This document shows, in pieces, positions 45,565-56,673 of a stretch of DNA of 64,000 nucleotides. The DNA is from an uncultured Nitrospinota bacterium (GTDB lineage: Bacteria > Tectomicrobia > Entotheonellia > J063 > CAVPRW01). The first letter of the stretch is position 1. The number at the start of each line of letters is the position of its first letter. The stretch is taken from contig CAVPRW010000006.1 in the NCBI GenBank assembly GCA_963707985.1, forward strand, positions 58,436-122,435. The letters are read 5' to 3'. The translations under genes were made by a program, and so were the position numbers. Below the pieces are notes generated by a model. It had not been told where the DNA came from and searched no databases. It saw only the letters and a list, made by a program, of their open reading frames with translations.

Positions 45565-46404
45565 ATGGTAGACAAAGGTTATGCCAATCCCGATTTGCTC
45601 TGGTCGCCGGCGGAGCTGGCCGCACGTCTCAACGACCCGAATCTACGCATCATCGATGTGCGCCCGGTGCACACACTCGTACAAGAGGGCTGGATTCCCG
45701 GGGCGGCGCATTTTGACCTATTCGGTCTCAGCCTGAATAACACGGCACCGGAACCGTTGCAAGCCTTTATGTGGGCCATCGAACATGTCCTAGAATTTCG
45801 AGGCGTGAACCTCGATACTCAGGTTCTCTTCTACGAGGACATCGCCGGGATGCGGGCCGCACGGGGGTTCTGGTTCCTGGAATATCTCGGCCACCACGAC
45901 GTGCATGTTTTAGACGGCGGCTTTAACGCCTGGAAGGCAGCCGGGTTGCCCCTCTCACACGAGATGGACGCCCCAAAGGTGACCACCTTCCGGACTCGCC
46001 CTCGGCCAGAGCTACACTGGAGCGCTGATGATCTGTATGCCCATCTTCGTGACCCGGATCTGGCCATCATCGACACACGCACGGATGATGAGTACCTCGG
46101 CAAGAGCGTCCGTGCGGCCAGAGGAGGGACCATTCCGGGAGCGGTGCACATCGAGTGGACCAAGAACCTCGATGCGCAGGGAGCCTTCAAAAGCGGCCCT
46201 GAATTACGGGCCATGTACGAGGCCAAGGGCATTACAGCGGATAAAACCTGTGCTGCATTTTGTCAGGGGGGCTATCGCTCCTCCCATACTCTCCTGGCGC
46301 TGCGATTGTTGGGGTATCCCCGACTACGGAACTTCATCGGCTCGTGGAAGGAATGGGGGGATCGCTTGGATTTGCCGATCGAACTGCCGACCGCATTGGC
46401 GTAA
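45565..46404 (+). CDS. Tandem-domain rhodanese/sulfurtransferase (SseA-like)
   Basis: IIDVR, WIPGA, VLDGG, GTIPGAVHIEW, FCQGGYRS, GSWKEW. Confidence 0.92.
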   Translation: MVDKGYANPDLLWSPAELAARLNDPNLRIIDVRPVHTLVQEGWIPGAAHFDLFGLSLNNTAPEPLQAFMWAIEHVLEFRGVNLDTQVLFYEDIAGMRAARGFWFLEYLGHHDVHVLDGGFNAWKAAGLPLSHEMDAPKVTTFRTRPRPELHWSADDLYAHLRDPDLAIIDTRTDDEYLGKSVRAARGGTIPGAVHIEWTKNLDAQGAFKSGPELRAMYEAKGITADKTCAAFCQGGYRSSHTLLALRLLGYPRLRNFIGSWKEWGDRLDLPIELPTALA

Positions 46405-46473
46405 GGTGGTGCCACATGGCATAGAAAGGGCCTGCTGGGAAGGACTGCGAGGTGTAGTCCTGAGGAGATTATC

Positions 46474-47885
46474 ATGGTTGACTTGACCACGCTGACCATA
46501 GCCGAGGCATCCAGGCTCATGCTGGGCAAAGAGTTGTCTCCCGTTGAGCTGACACAGGCAGCGTTACAGCGCATCTCGGCACTTAACCCGCGGCTGAATG
46601 CTTTCATCACTGTGCTGGAGGATCGAGCGAGCGCTGCCGCCAAAAAAGCTGAGCAGGAAATGATGTCAGGCCAACGGCGTGGCCCGCTGCATGGCATTCC
46701 CATTGCCTTGAAAGATCTCTGCGCCACCAAGGGGATACGTACGACGGCGGGGTCGAAGATTCTCAGTGATCATATACCTACGGATGATGCGACGGTGACC
46801 CTGCGCTTGGCCGAGGCTGGGACGATTCTGCTGGGCAAGACGCACATGAACGAGTTTGCCTACGGCCCAGATGGCGACAATGCACATTATGGGCGGGTGT
46901 GCAACCCGTGGAACTTGGAGCGCATCACTGGGGGATCGAGCAGTGGTTCTGGGGCAGCGCTGGCGGCCTCACTATGCCTGGGGGCGCTGGGAAGCGATAC
47001 CGGTGGCTCTATTCGTATTCCCGCCGCACTGTGTGGCATTGTCGGTATCAAACCCACATACGGGCGCGTCAGCCGTTACGGCCTGACCCCTCTCAGCTGG
47101 TCTCTCGATCATGCCGGGCCGATGGCCAAAACGGTTGAGGATGTCGCCTTGCTTCTGCAAGCCATGGCAGGCTACGATATCCATGGACCCCGGTAGCGCC
47201 CGGCATCCGGTGCCCGATTATGCTGCAGCCCTCAGCGGCGACGTGCGGGGCTTGCGTATTGGCATCCCACGCGAATATTTTTTGGATGTGATCGATCCCG
47301 AGGTCGAGGCTGCTGTACGCCAGGCCACCGAGGTGTTGAAAGGCTTGGGTGCTTCCCTCCACGCGGTGTCATGGCCGGCGCTGCGCTATGTCACGCTGGC
47401 TGCCCTGATCATCGTGCTGGTCGAAGCCTCCGCGTTCCATGACGCCTGGATCCGCACGCGCCCGCAGGACTACTCCCCAGATATTGCTCTGCGTTTGAAA
47501 TGGGGCCTGTTGCTGCCAGCCTCCGCATATCTCAAGGCCCAACGCCTACGCACCTTGCTGTGCCGAGAGGTGGCGCAGCTCTGGGACCAGGTGGATGTGC
47601 TCATCACACCCGCGACGATGCTGGCGGCTCCTCATCCCAGTGAGACGCACGTGCGAATAGGTGATCGCCAAATGTCTACCCGCGAGGCTATCCTGCGCCT
47701 GATGAGACCGTTCAATTTGACCGGATTGCCAGCCATAGCGATTCCCTGTGGATTCTCGTCTACGGGGTTGCCCATCGGGCTGCAAATCGCCGGCAAACCA
47801 TTCGACGAGGCCACGGTGCTGACGGGTGGCACACGCTTATGAGCAGCAGACCGACTGGCACCGACGCCAGCCGCCGATCGCCTAA
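46474..47885 (+). CDS. Amidase signature family protein (GatA/AtzE-like); frameshifts near 47180 and 47820
   Basis: GPLHGIPIALKD, GGSSSGS, GSDTGGSIRIPA, GLPIGLQI. Confidence 0.9.
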
Positions 47886-47918
47886 ATGCAGTGTGTGATG
47901 GGTTTCAGTGGTCATCCC

Positions 47919-47947
47919 TTGACTGCCTTGGTCTATTGGCCTAGACT
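47919..47947 (+). promoter_or_regulatory. Sigma70-type promoter candidate
   Basis: TTGACT, 17 bp, TAGACT upstream of the VOC gene. Confidence 0.55.
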
Positions 47948-48018
47948 CGACCTTAGCATAAGACAATGATGAAGATGAAGCGTAGTGGTGAGACACATTC
48001 GCAACGAGAGGAGCAACT

Positions 48019-48451
48019 ATGGCACGGATTAAACACATTGCCCTGTCAACCGATGATCCAGCGAAAACCGCCGAGTTTTACAAGAAAGTATTTGGCCTTG
48101 AGGAGCTACATCGTCGGCCCAAGGAAACTGGCGCCGACGGGGTCTGGCTGAGCGATGGCTACATTTATTTTGCCATCCTCAAATACCGCGGTGAGGACAC
48201 CCCGGATCTGGGCGAAGGGCCGTCCACCGTGAAGGGCGTGCATCACATCGGCTTTTACGTGGATGAGATGGAAGAGGCCCGCAAGACCATTGAGGCCGAG
48301 GGCTCCACAGAGTGTCACGGGGAGCAGCGCAGTCAACGCCAAATACAAAGGCCCTGATGGGCTGATGATCGACATGCGTGTGCGCGGCTGGGATGAGCAG
48401 ATCAAAGCCAGAATGCCGTTGTATAAGCTGACCCCGGCAACAACAGATTAG
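48019..48451 (+). CDS. VOC/glyoxalase family protein (frameshift near 48320)
   Basis: IKHIAL...AEFYKKVFGL, LSDG, GVHHIGF, KYKGPDG. Confidence 0.85.
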
Positions 48452-48612
48452 TGCTCCTGGTCGTTCGCACGGGGCATAGGCACCAAGCTGAGTGCCAAGG
48501 CGGTGTATTTTTCACGAAGAGCACCGGGGAAAAGAGAGCTTTGCAGCCTGTGCCCCGCTCCGGTGGGACTCTATGTTGCCAATTGACGGTCGAACCCTCT
48601 AGCTATCGAGAG

Positions 48613-49974
48613 CTAGGGCAAGCTGTGGTGGCGTATCCGCTCAATCAGATCACGCACACTGCCCAGGCGGTCACACTGATCAACTGCCCGTTCAACAGCA
48701 CTCTACCCCTTCCTGAGTGAGTACGAGTCCAGCCAGCTCACGAAACTTTTCTCGCACTTCCGACTCCTGATAGGGGCGCTGAAAATCACCGCGTGGACTC
48801 TCACAGGTGCGGTCGTCTTTCGACCATCTTTTAGGATGAGCGTGACACGTGCTGGCTTGAGCTGCGGAGCGCTAGCTGTGAACTGTCCATCCTCAGTGAT
48901 GTGCACCCGGTGGCGGAGGGCGGCAATGACGGGATCGTGGACCACCGCCTCGGTAAAGGACGCATAGCCCGCGTTACCGCGTACGACCAGCGCTGCAGCC
49001 GCATGGGGGAGAGAGTATTTCGCACCGAAGTAGTTCGTCGGCTCGGGATTGCGCATCACCGACGCAAAGCGATAGGTCGCCACGTCGATGCGCTCGATTT
49101 GGTCTGGAGACGGCCGCAGCTCGGCTAACGCATCTTCGAGCGCGTCGAGGGCGGCGTATATCGGATTGCAGCAGGCTCGTAAACGAAAGTAATTGCGAGC
49201 GATTTCCCAGCGATTCCCCAACTCTTCCAGCATCTTATCGGGCTGAAAACCATCGCCCACCAGGCTGGTGAACGCTTCTTCGATGGCATTGTCTTGTGCC
49301 TCGAGACCAGCCAGTGCGAGGTCAGGTGCGAGGGTGCCAGCGAAGCCACTCATGCCCCCCGCGACATTGAGTGCAGTGGCGCCGGCGACCGCATTGGTAT
49401 AGCTCGGAGTCAGCACCAGGATAGCACCGATACGCAGAGCACGACTGGCTTCGTCGATGTTCAAACCGCGTAGCCGTGCTCCAGCTGCTACGGCACCGAG
49501 GAGCGGCGCCTGGCCACTCTGATGTGCCAGCGCCCGCGGGGTCAGACAGGCGCCGATACGCACTGCTGCGTCATATCCGACAATAAGCGTCGTCAAAGCC
49601 TCGCGGCCACTGCGGTTCGACCATTCACCGGCGGCCAAGACGGTTGGCACCACTTGCACGGCGCCTTGGCAAGAGACATAGCGGTGTCCCTCACAGAGCT
49701 CGATCGATCGTCCAGCAATCCCATTCACCAGGGCAGCGGTCCGTGGGTCGGTGGTGGGAAAATTACGCGCCAGCACTGTTGCTCCCTGGCCTCCGGAGGC
49801 GATCAGGCGATTGCGCAGCTGCTGCACCTCGGGCTGCTCCGACCCCGCCAGGATGACTCCGAGCGTATCGAGCAGCACCAGCTTGGCATGGCGCCGCACC
49901 GGATCGGGAACATCGTCCCAGCTTGTCTGGCACACGAAACGCACGAGCTTTTCGATTTGTTCACCCACGATCAT
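48613..49974 (-). CDS. MmgE/PrpD family protein, divergent (frameshifts near 48810 and 48710)
   Basis: LLDTLGVILAG, AALVNG, ACCNP, AKYSLP; shifted frame reads ESPRGD. Confidence 0.85.
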
Positions 49975-50241
49975 CTCTCCTGGGTGCTCGGGTTTCTTGG
50001 CCGCGTTGAAAGTGCCAAGCTACCGGTACACCTCCTCGACATCGCTCTCGTTATCCAGTGCGCGGCAAACCACCGGTCATGGTCCGCTCGCCGGGCGAGC
50101 GCTCTGAAAAATAGCGTGTGACAAAACGCATCCCGTATAATGGGCCCATGACGAGTTCGCGATACGGCTCATGCCAAGCTCGCGACGCGAGCCCATCGTT
50201 TCCCAGGACACAACCAAACCGTATCAGGAAGGGGTACACAC

Positions 50242-50667
50242 ATGCAGCAGTCGCGAAACTATGCAGACCCAGTGAAGACAGTCTATATTCCCGCCGGCGC
50301 CCTCAAGTTCGGCATCGAGTACCGCCACCTGCAAGGCGACCAGGGGATCTGCATCCATGTGTTCGGCGAGGTGAACGGACGAGAGGAAGAGGTGTTGCGC
50401 TTCGATTGCTTTCAACGGGCCCCACATTACCATTATGCCTGGTCGACCAACGATCAATATGTGACATTGGATACGACGGCAGATGGTGATCCATTCCAAT
50501 GGACACTGGAACGCTTGCGCACCCGACTGCCTGCGATGCTGATCAGAGCTGACGCTTCCGATCTCGCTCGGGCGCTCGATCAGCGCGATATCGACGCGGC
50601 CATTCCCAAGATCACCGGCTGGGCCGAGGCCTTGCAGACCCAGGATCGGGTGCAGCAGAGCGTTTGA
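50242..50667 (+). CDS. Conserved hypothetical protein with LRFDCF-x3-PHYHY motif
   Basis: Clean ORF with RBS and a distinctive aromatic/His motif. Confidence 0.7.
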   Translation: MQQSRNYADPVKTVYIPAGALKFGIEYRHLQGDQGICIHVFGEVNGREEEVLRFDCFQRAPHYHYAWSTNDQYVTLDTTADGDPFQWTLERLRTRLPAMLIRADASDLARALDQRDIDAAIPKITGWAEALQTQDRVQQSV

Positions 50668-50675
50668 CGCATGAA

Positions 50676-50708
50676 GGGGCGTCTCTTGCCGTGAGACAGA
50701 ACGCCCCC
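50676..50708. terminator. Hairpin between convergent genes
   Basis: GGGGCGT...ACGCCCC with inner GTCTC/GAGAC pairing. Confidence 0.45.
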
Positions 50709-50765
50709 GCTCACCCGCCCAGGTTCGGCCCGCACGACGAGACTTAGGGGGGTGTCATCAGGCCC

Positions 50766-51557
50766 TTATCCCACCTTGGACAGAAAAGCCGTCAGCGCCT
50801 GGTTAAACGCTTCCGGCTGTTCCAGGTTCGATAGGTGAGCGGCGGACTTGAGGATCACCAGCTCCGAGCCCTTGATCTGCTCGTGGATGACGCGCGAGGC
50901 CGCCACCGGCGTCGCTGGATCGTCTTCCCCAACGATGATCAGCGTCGGCAGGGTGATGGCTTTCAGATGATCAGTCAGATTCAGCGCGGCGATGGCATGG
51001 GAGCAGCCTATGTAGCCACGTGGCGGCGTGGTACGGATCATCGTTCGTACCTGGTCGAGAACTGGTGAACCCTTTTGCCGGAATGGCTCGGTAAACCAGC
51101 GTGCCAGGGTCGGTTCGACCAGCGCTGCCATGCCCCCTGTCTCGGCCGTGTGAATGCGGTCATCCCACATGGGCTTGGCCTCCGTCGGCACACGGCTCAT
51201 GGTATCGCAGAGCACCAGGCTCTGTAGCGTCTGCGGGTATTTTATGGCCATGATCTGGCCGATCATGCCACCCATCGACAAGCCAATGAAGTGTGTCCGT
51301 GTGACCCCCAGTGCCTGCAGTAAGGCATGCACATCATCGGTCAGCTCATCGAGCGAGTAGGGCCCGGCAGTCGCCTCGGTCCCACCGTGCCCACGCGTAT
51401 CGTAGCGTAGGACGCGGTAGCGCGACGTCAGAACGGGCAGCTGGGGCTCCCACATGGAGAGATTGGAAGCCAACGAGTTACTCATGGTAATAACCGGCCC
51501 GGAGGCAGGCCCTTCGAGTGTGTAGTTCACGCTGATGCCATTGACGACGATGTTCAT
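50766..51557 (-). CDS. pcaD: 3-oxoadipate enol-lactonase-like alpha/beta hydrolase
   Basis: SNSLAS, YDTRGHG, GLSMGG, RWFT, AAHLSNLEQP. Confidence 0.85.
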   Translation of the reverse strand: MNIVVNGISVNYTLEGPASGPVITMSNSLASNLSMWEPQLPVLTSRYRVLRYDTRGHGGTEATAGPYSLDELTDDVHALLQALGVTRTHFIGLSMGGMIGQIMAIKYPQTLQSLVLCDTMSRVPTEAKPMWDDRIHTAETGGMAALVEPTLARWFTEPFRQKGSPVLDQVRTMIRTTPPRGYIGCSHAIAALNLTDHLKAITLPTLIIVGEDDPATPVAASRVIHEQIKGSELVILKSAAHLSNLEQPEAFNQALTAFLSKVG

Positions 51558-51614
51558 CGATGATCTCTCCTCTCAGGCTCTATGAGGGTTGCCCTCCTAT
51601 CTCGGGAAGACTGC

Positions 51615-52358
51615 TCAGACCTCGTGCAGACGCATCTGCGCCAACAATTTCACCACCCGTTCGTTGGATGGGTAGGCCCTTTTACTATGGCTCAGCCCCA
51701 GATCCACCAGCATCTCGGCAAACTTCACCGCCGTCTGACCGGGATCCAATACCGGGATTCCCAATGCCTTTGACACCTGTGGAGCCAGGCCAGTGGTCGC
51801 GCCACAGCCGAGGACAAGCGCCTCAGCGCCCTGTTCATCCATCAGCTTCTTGCCCATGTCCACGGCCATCTGGACAGCACGACTCTCGTCACGCAAGAAG
51901 TCGGTCACGCTGCAGGCCAGAGTCGGCACTGCCACGATGCGATCGGCTACCCCGATGACCTTGGCGAAGGCCCAGACGTGCTTGGGTAGATCGCCGCCCG
52001 CCATAATCACCGCGAATTTGTTGGCCAGGCTAGCCGCGAGGTAGAGCGTGGTCTTGGCCGGCCCGATGACCGGAATATCCACCAGCTCTCGCGCACCATC
52101 CAGTCCATTATCTAAGAAAGCCGTCCCGGCAATGGCATCATACCCCAGCTGTGCGATCTCCACACACTTCCGGGCCACTGCAGCTTCTGATAAATAGAAT
52201 TCGACACTCGACTCGATATATGGCACCCCACTCGGGGCTGCAAACATATCGAGTTCGGTATCCGGCCGCAGGATCGTTTTCAAACTCTCTCGCTTCGCCG
52301 CCAGATCAGCAGGGCTGTACCCACCGATGGCAACCACGCAGGCCAGGCGCATCGTCAT
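51615..52358 (-). CDS. Asp/Glu/hydantoin racemase family protein
   Basis: PYIES, GARELVDIPVIGP, LVLGCG, IPVLDP, GLSHSKRAYP. Confidence 0.85.
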   Translation of the reverse strand: MTMRLACVVAIGGYSPADLAAKRESLKTILRPDTELDMFAAPSGVPYIESSVEFYLSEAAVARKCVEIAQLGYDAIAGTAFLDNGLDGARELVDIPVIGPAKTTLYLAASLANKFAVIMAGGDLPKHVWAFAKVIGVADRIVAVPTLACSVTDFLRDESRAVQMAVDMGKKLMDEQGAEALVLGCGATTGLAPQVSKALGIPVLDPGQTAVKFAEMLVDLGLSHSKRAYPSNERVVKLLAQMRLHEV

Positions 52359-52389
52359 CCCCACCCTTCCTTGGCCGAAGTCAATGCCC

Positions 52390-52593
52390 CTAACGGAACC
52401 AAACGAGGGCGCATAAGATAAGTCCAGCCGCAATCGCGACCACTCCCAGCACACGGTGCCAGCGGTGTGCAAAGCACAGATTGGCGACGCCCACGCCAAT
52501 GACCGCCACCGCCAAAAACAGGCGCACAGACACCCCCCGCGCCGGTTCCCCTACCAGTGCAAGATAGCGGCGATTATAGGGGAATCCCCCCAT
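52390..52593 (-). CDS. Small hypothetical membrane protein
   Basis: Two hydrophobic stretches; fills the gap between co-oriented genes. Confidence 0.4.
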   Translation of the reverse strand: MGGFPYNRRYLALVGEPARGVSVRLFLAVAVIGVGVANLCFAHRWHRVLGVVAIAAGLILCALVWFR

Positions 52594-52626
52594 CCCCGCA
52601 ACCGACTCACAGCAAGAGGTTGACGG

Positions 52627-53739
52627 CTAGCTTGCTTGAACACGATACCGCTCGATAAACCCCTTATTCAACTCCAACCCGATCCCCGGCGCCTGGGAGA
52701 TGCTCACACACCCATCCTTGAAAACGGGTGGATTTTTCACTAGGTTCCAACCGATAGGATCGCGGGCCTCTGAAAAATACTCTGGGTATAGCCCGAGCTT
52801 GATGGCACCCATGCAGTGCTGGCTGATGTGCGGTTCTTCATGATGTGCCATGGCGACCCCGGACATCTCCGCCATGGCGGCGATCTTGCGCCACTCGGTG
52901 ATGCCTCCTGCATGGGAGACATCGACATTCAAAATATCGACGGCGCCGCCCCGCACCAGCGCTTCACAGCCGAATTTGGTGATCTCGCTCTGGCCGGCCG
53001 TGACCAGGACGCCGGTGCGCTCGCGCACACGCCGCATGCCCGCGAGGTCGTCATACCAATGGCAAGGTTCCTCTAGCCAGCGGATTTGCTCGGGTTCGAC
53101 AAGACGACAGAAGTCAATGGCCTGCTCTGGGGTCCAGGCCTGATTGGCATCACAGGCGATCATAAAACGCTGGCCGACGGCTTGCCGGACCTGATGTACG
53201 CGGTCGGCGTCCTCACGCACATCGATGCGCCCAACCTTCATCTTGACGCCCGCAAACCCCTGGTCACGATAGCCCACCATTTCGGCGATCAGGCCATCGA
53301 TGCCCTTATCATCTTCGTAATAGCCGCCAATCACCATGGCTGGCAGGCGATCATGATAGCCCCCGAGCAATTTATGCACCGAGAGGCCGGCGACCTTGCC
53401 TTTGACATCCCAGAGCGCGATGTCAACCGCGGCAAGCGCTTCGAGAATCGTGGCCCGGTCTCCATGGGGAATCGTCTCTTCGAACATGGCATGCCAGAGA
53501 CGCTCGACATCAAGGGGGTCTTGCCCGATCAGCACGGGTTTGAGGCGTGTATCGATGATATGGACGATGTCCTGCTGCCGCGTGCGTTCGTCACCAGCAT
53601 AGGTGCAGCCGCTGATGCCGGCATCGGTCAGGACCTCGGTAATGACGGTGCAGCGCGCCGTGATCTCATACGTTCCACCCCGAAACACCCGAGACAGCGG
53701 CACCGCTAGGCATGTCGTGCGAATGTCGGTGATTTGCAT
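52627..53739 (-). CDS. Mandelate racemase/muconate lactonizing enzyme (enolase superfamily)
   Basis: VDIALWD, KMK, DANQ, WLEEP, PGIG. Confidence 0.92.
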   Translation of the reverse strand: MQITDIRTTCLAVPLSRVFRGGTYEITARCTVITEVLTDAGISGCTYAGDERTRQQDIVHIIDTRLKPVLIGQDPLDVERLWHAMFEETIPHGDRATILEALAAVDIALWDVKGKVAGLSVHKLLGGYHDRLPAMVIGGYYEDDKGIDGLIAEMVGYRDQGFAGVKMKVGRIDVREDADRVHQVRQAVGQRFMIACDANQAWTPEQAIDFCRLVEPEQIRWLEEPCHWYDDLAGMRRVRERTGVLVTAGQSEITKFGCEALVRGGAVDILNVDVSHAGGITEWRKIAAMAEMSGVAMAHHEEPHISQHCMGAIKLGLYPEYFSEARDPIGWNLVKNPPVFKDGCVSISQAPGIGLELNKGFIERYRVQAS

Positions 53740-54389
53740 AGCGCTCCTATCCTCACGCAATTTAGCACGGTAATTGTCCTTCTGCTTCAACTACTCACCG
53801 TTCTCCGCCTTGGACGACGTGGGGTCTTGACCGGATGTTGGTTGCGCAGGGGGTTACGCCGGGATACATTAGGTCATTATGGTTGACGAAGAGCCACCAC
53901 ACATCCCTCGGCTCTTTCACCAGTACACCCATTGCAGCGCCTTCTTCAGCGCAGCCCATGCAAGTGGGGCGCAGCATAGCCCCTAGCTTTCCTCCTGTCA
54001 ATCCGACTGAGGCTCGACATCGTTGACACTCTGATCGACAGAGGGGCCTCCTATCCAGCAGTAGAGCGCGATCGCGGCGTTAACCTCGGAGCGACGAATC
54101 GAGGCCATCCCATCCACACGATCTTGGGGTTCACGAATGGTTGGGATGGTGCAGAGAATCCCGGAGCGCTCGCACGCTGAGCCCGCTATAGGACGCCAAG
54201 TCTCTTAGGGACAGATACGGGTCAAGGGGGACGCTGACGATGATCTGCGCGACCCTCCTGTCCTGTCCGGCTGCCATTGTTGAGGAGGCAACTGCGGCAT
54301 GCATGGTCCCAGGGCCATATGAGGACGACCGTGATCGTTATGCGATACCCATCCCGAGGTGTTGGCCCCTGCAGGCGCATACTAGACGG

Positions 54390-55187
54390 CTAATAGTGCA
54401 TGTCGGCGCGGTTGCCGCCGTCAACGCCGATGGCTTCGCCGTGCACCCCGATGGCGAGCGGCGAACACAGCATCGCGACCATGTAGCCGATGTCGGTCGC
54501 GGTGACGACGTGCTTGAGCAGCGTGCGGGCGTCAGCAGCCTTGTGAATCGCCTCGACGGTCGTGCCCTCACGCTGCGCCTGCTCGGCGTAGCGTTCGAGC
54601 GTCGCCTCCGTGATCGTCTGCCCGGGATAGATGGCATTGACGTTGATGCCGTACGGGCCGAGGGCGTTGGCCATCGACTTGGTCAGGTTGACGGTGCCGA
54701 TGTTGCGGATGCCCCCACTCACCGCAGTGCCGGGGGCGCGCCCAGCGCCGCCGCTGATGTTGATCACCCGTCCCCAGCCGGCCTGCTTGAGATAGGGGGC
54801 CGCCGCTTGGACCATGCGCAGGTAGCCCACCACCTTCTCTTCGAAATCGCGCAGGACGTCCATGTCGCTCACGGTCTCCACGGTGCCGGGCGTGCCGCCG
54901 ACGCGGGCCGCATTGTTGACCACGATGTGGATGCCGCCGAGTTCACGTGCCGCCGTGTGGACGAAATGCGTGATGGAGTCGGCGCTCAAGGTGTCGCAGA
55001 CAATGGGGACGACCTTGCGGCCGGACTCGTGCGCCAGGGCAGCAGCCGCTTCCTGCAGCGGTCCCGCGGTCCGGGCGCAGATGGCGACGTCGCAGCCCTC
55101 GAGGGCCAGTTGGCGGGCGATCGCTCGGCCGATGCCACGACTGGCCCCGGTGACGATGGCTTTCTTGTTGGTGAGTTGCAGGTCCAT
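54390..55187 (-). CDS. Atypical SDR oxidoreductase
   Basis: TGASRGIG, VNNA, VNAIYPG, VDGG; no YxxxK. Confidence 0.88.
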   Translation of the reverse strand: MDLQLTNKKAIVTGASRGIGRAIARQLALEGCDVAICARTAGPLQEAAAALAHESGRKVVPIVCDTLSADSITHFVHTAARELGGIHIVVNNAARVGGTPGTVETVSDMDVLRDFEEKVVGYLRMVQAAAPYLKQAGWGRVINISGGAGRAPGTAVSGGIRNIGTVNLTKSMANALGPYGINVNAIYPGQTITEATLERYAEQAQREGTTVEAIHKAADARTLLKHVVTATDIGYMVAMLCSPLAIGVHGEAIGVDGGNRADMHY

Positions 55188-55418
55188 GAGTCCCTCCCAT
55201 GTGCGTAGACGCGAGATGGCTGGTGGCCATGGGCGAGCATGGCTGGGTATCCAGCGCATAAGGCTAGCGGGCGCTGGCGCCTGGCCTGCGGCATCCGTGA
55301 CCCGACGAGGCATGCGGCGGCATCGGTTGTCTGCCCCCGCATACCGCCGAGCGATGTGCCAACGATTCGACACCCGGCGGCACAGCATCTTCCCAGTGGC
55401 AGTCCTCCTCTCTCCTCC

Positions 55419-56234
55419 TCAAGCGTCTGGATCCCGCCCCTCGATAAACGCAAGGGTAGCCTGCGTGCACTGTGCTGCGTCGCTCGCCGCGACGTGATAC
55501 GAATCGCCGGGCAGCACGAGCAGCTCCGAATCCGGGATCGTCTGCTGCCAGGCGCGTGTCTCGTCCACGCTGGCCAGCCCGCTGCCCTCCGTGGTGATCA
55601 CCAGCGTCGGGCAGGCGATCTTCGGTACATCGGCCCGAATGTCGGCGCAGGCGATGGTCTTCATGAAACCCAGTTGGGTGGAGACGGCGGTGCGGCCCAT
55701 AAAAGTCGTCCACCAGGAGATGCCCTCCGGAGGAAACGTGCTTCCGAGGCGGCCGGCCATGCTTTGTCGGGCCCAGGACTCGACGCCCTGCTGCTCGAAC
55801 GCCTCGGCAAGGGCGGGCACGCGAGCCTCCGCGCCGAGACGGTACGGCGGTGGTGTCCCGACGACGGTGAGCGTGCGCACGCGTTCGGGACGGCGAGCGG
55901 CGAAGGCACGCGCGATGGTGCCGCCAATCTTGGCCCCAACGAGATGGAAACGCTCGACGCCCAGCGCATCCATGAGGCGGCAGAAGTCGTCGATGATGAG
56001 GTCGAGGGTCCAGGGAAAATCGCGAGGCATGGGCGTCGACGCGCCGAAGCCGCGCATGTCCGGACGTACGACGCGATACCGGTGCGCAAGCCGCGGCACC
56101 CAGGCATACCATGCGGCGCTGCTCTCGGCATTGCCGTGTAACATGAGGATCGTCCCAGGCTTGCGCCAGGGATCGGTGTAGTCGTCAACGAGGTAGTGCA
56201 AGTCGAGGCTAGGTGGAATGTGTAAGGTCGGCAT
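55419..56234 (-). CDS. Alpha/beta hydrolase fold protein (GAKIGG elbow)
   Basis: MLHGNAE, PDMRGFG, LVGAKIGG, PTLVIT, SYH. Confidence 0.88.
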   Translation of the reverse strand: MPTLHIPPSLDLHYLVDDYTDPWRKPGTILMLHGNAESSAAWYAWVPRLAHRYRVVRPDMRGFGASTPMPRDFPWTLDLIIDDFCRLMDALGVERFHLVGAKIGGTIARAFAARRPERVRTLTVVGTPPPYRLGAEARVPALAEAFEQQGVESWARQSMAGRLGSTFPPEGISWWTTFMGRTAVSTQLGFMKTIACADIRADVPKIACPTLVITTEGSGLASVDETRAWQQTIPDSELLVLPGDSYHVAASDAAQCTQATLAFIEGRDPDA

Positions 56235-56673
56235 CGGATGTCCCTCTCTTGGCCTGGTGTCCATCGCTGTGCAAGGCGGGCGGGCGAACACGGCCAGCGC
56301 CGCTGGGTGCCTCCGCGACACGACTCTACCCGATCCGGCGCGGCATGTCCAGGCCATTCTCGGCCCGGCACCGCCCGCTCAGATCCATACATGCGGCACT
56401 CCTGCAGACAGCTCTGACCTCGGATGCATCGCGTCAAAGCGAAGATGGGGAGACGGATATAGGAAGCGCTGGATGGGAATTCAGCGGTGGATTCGAACCT
56501 TGAAGCGGTTTATATGCCACACGTGCGCCTGATGGACTAGGGCCCGAGGCGTAGGGGCATGACCTGACACAGACCATAGCGTACGCCGCAGACTCGCACC
56601 GCCGGAGAGTCTCGGATCTGCGTGCGTGCGCAAGGTACAGCATTGCCCAGGCGTGTGTCGGTTGTCCCTGCAC

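Noticed and set aside
46474..47885. Calling the amidase gatA
   Set aside because: No gatB or gatC adjacent; assigned only to the general amidase signature family
56480..56505. GGTTCGAATCC T-loop-like sequence on the minus strand as a tRNA or att fragment
   Set aside because: No acceptor, D or anticodon arms, and it does not match the tRNA-Leu 3' end
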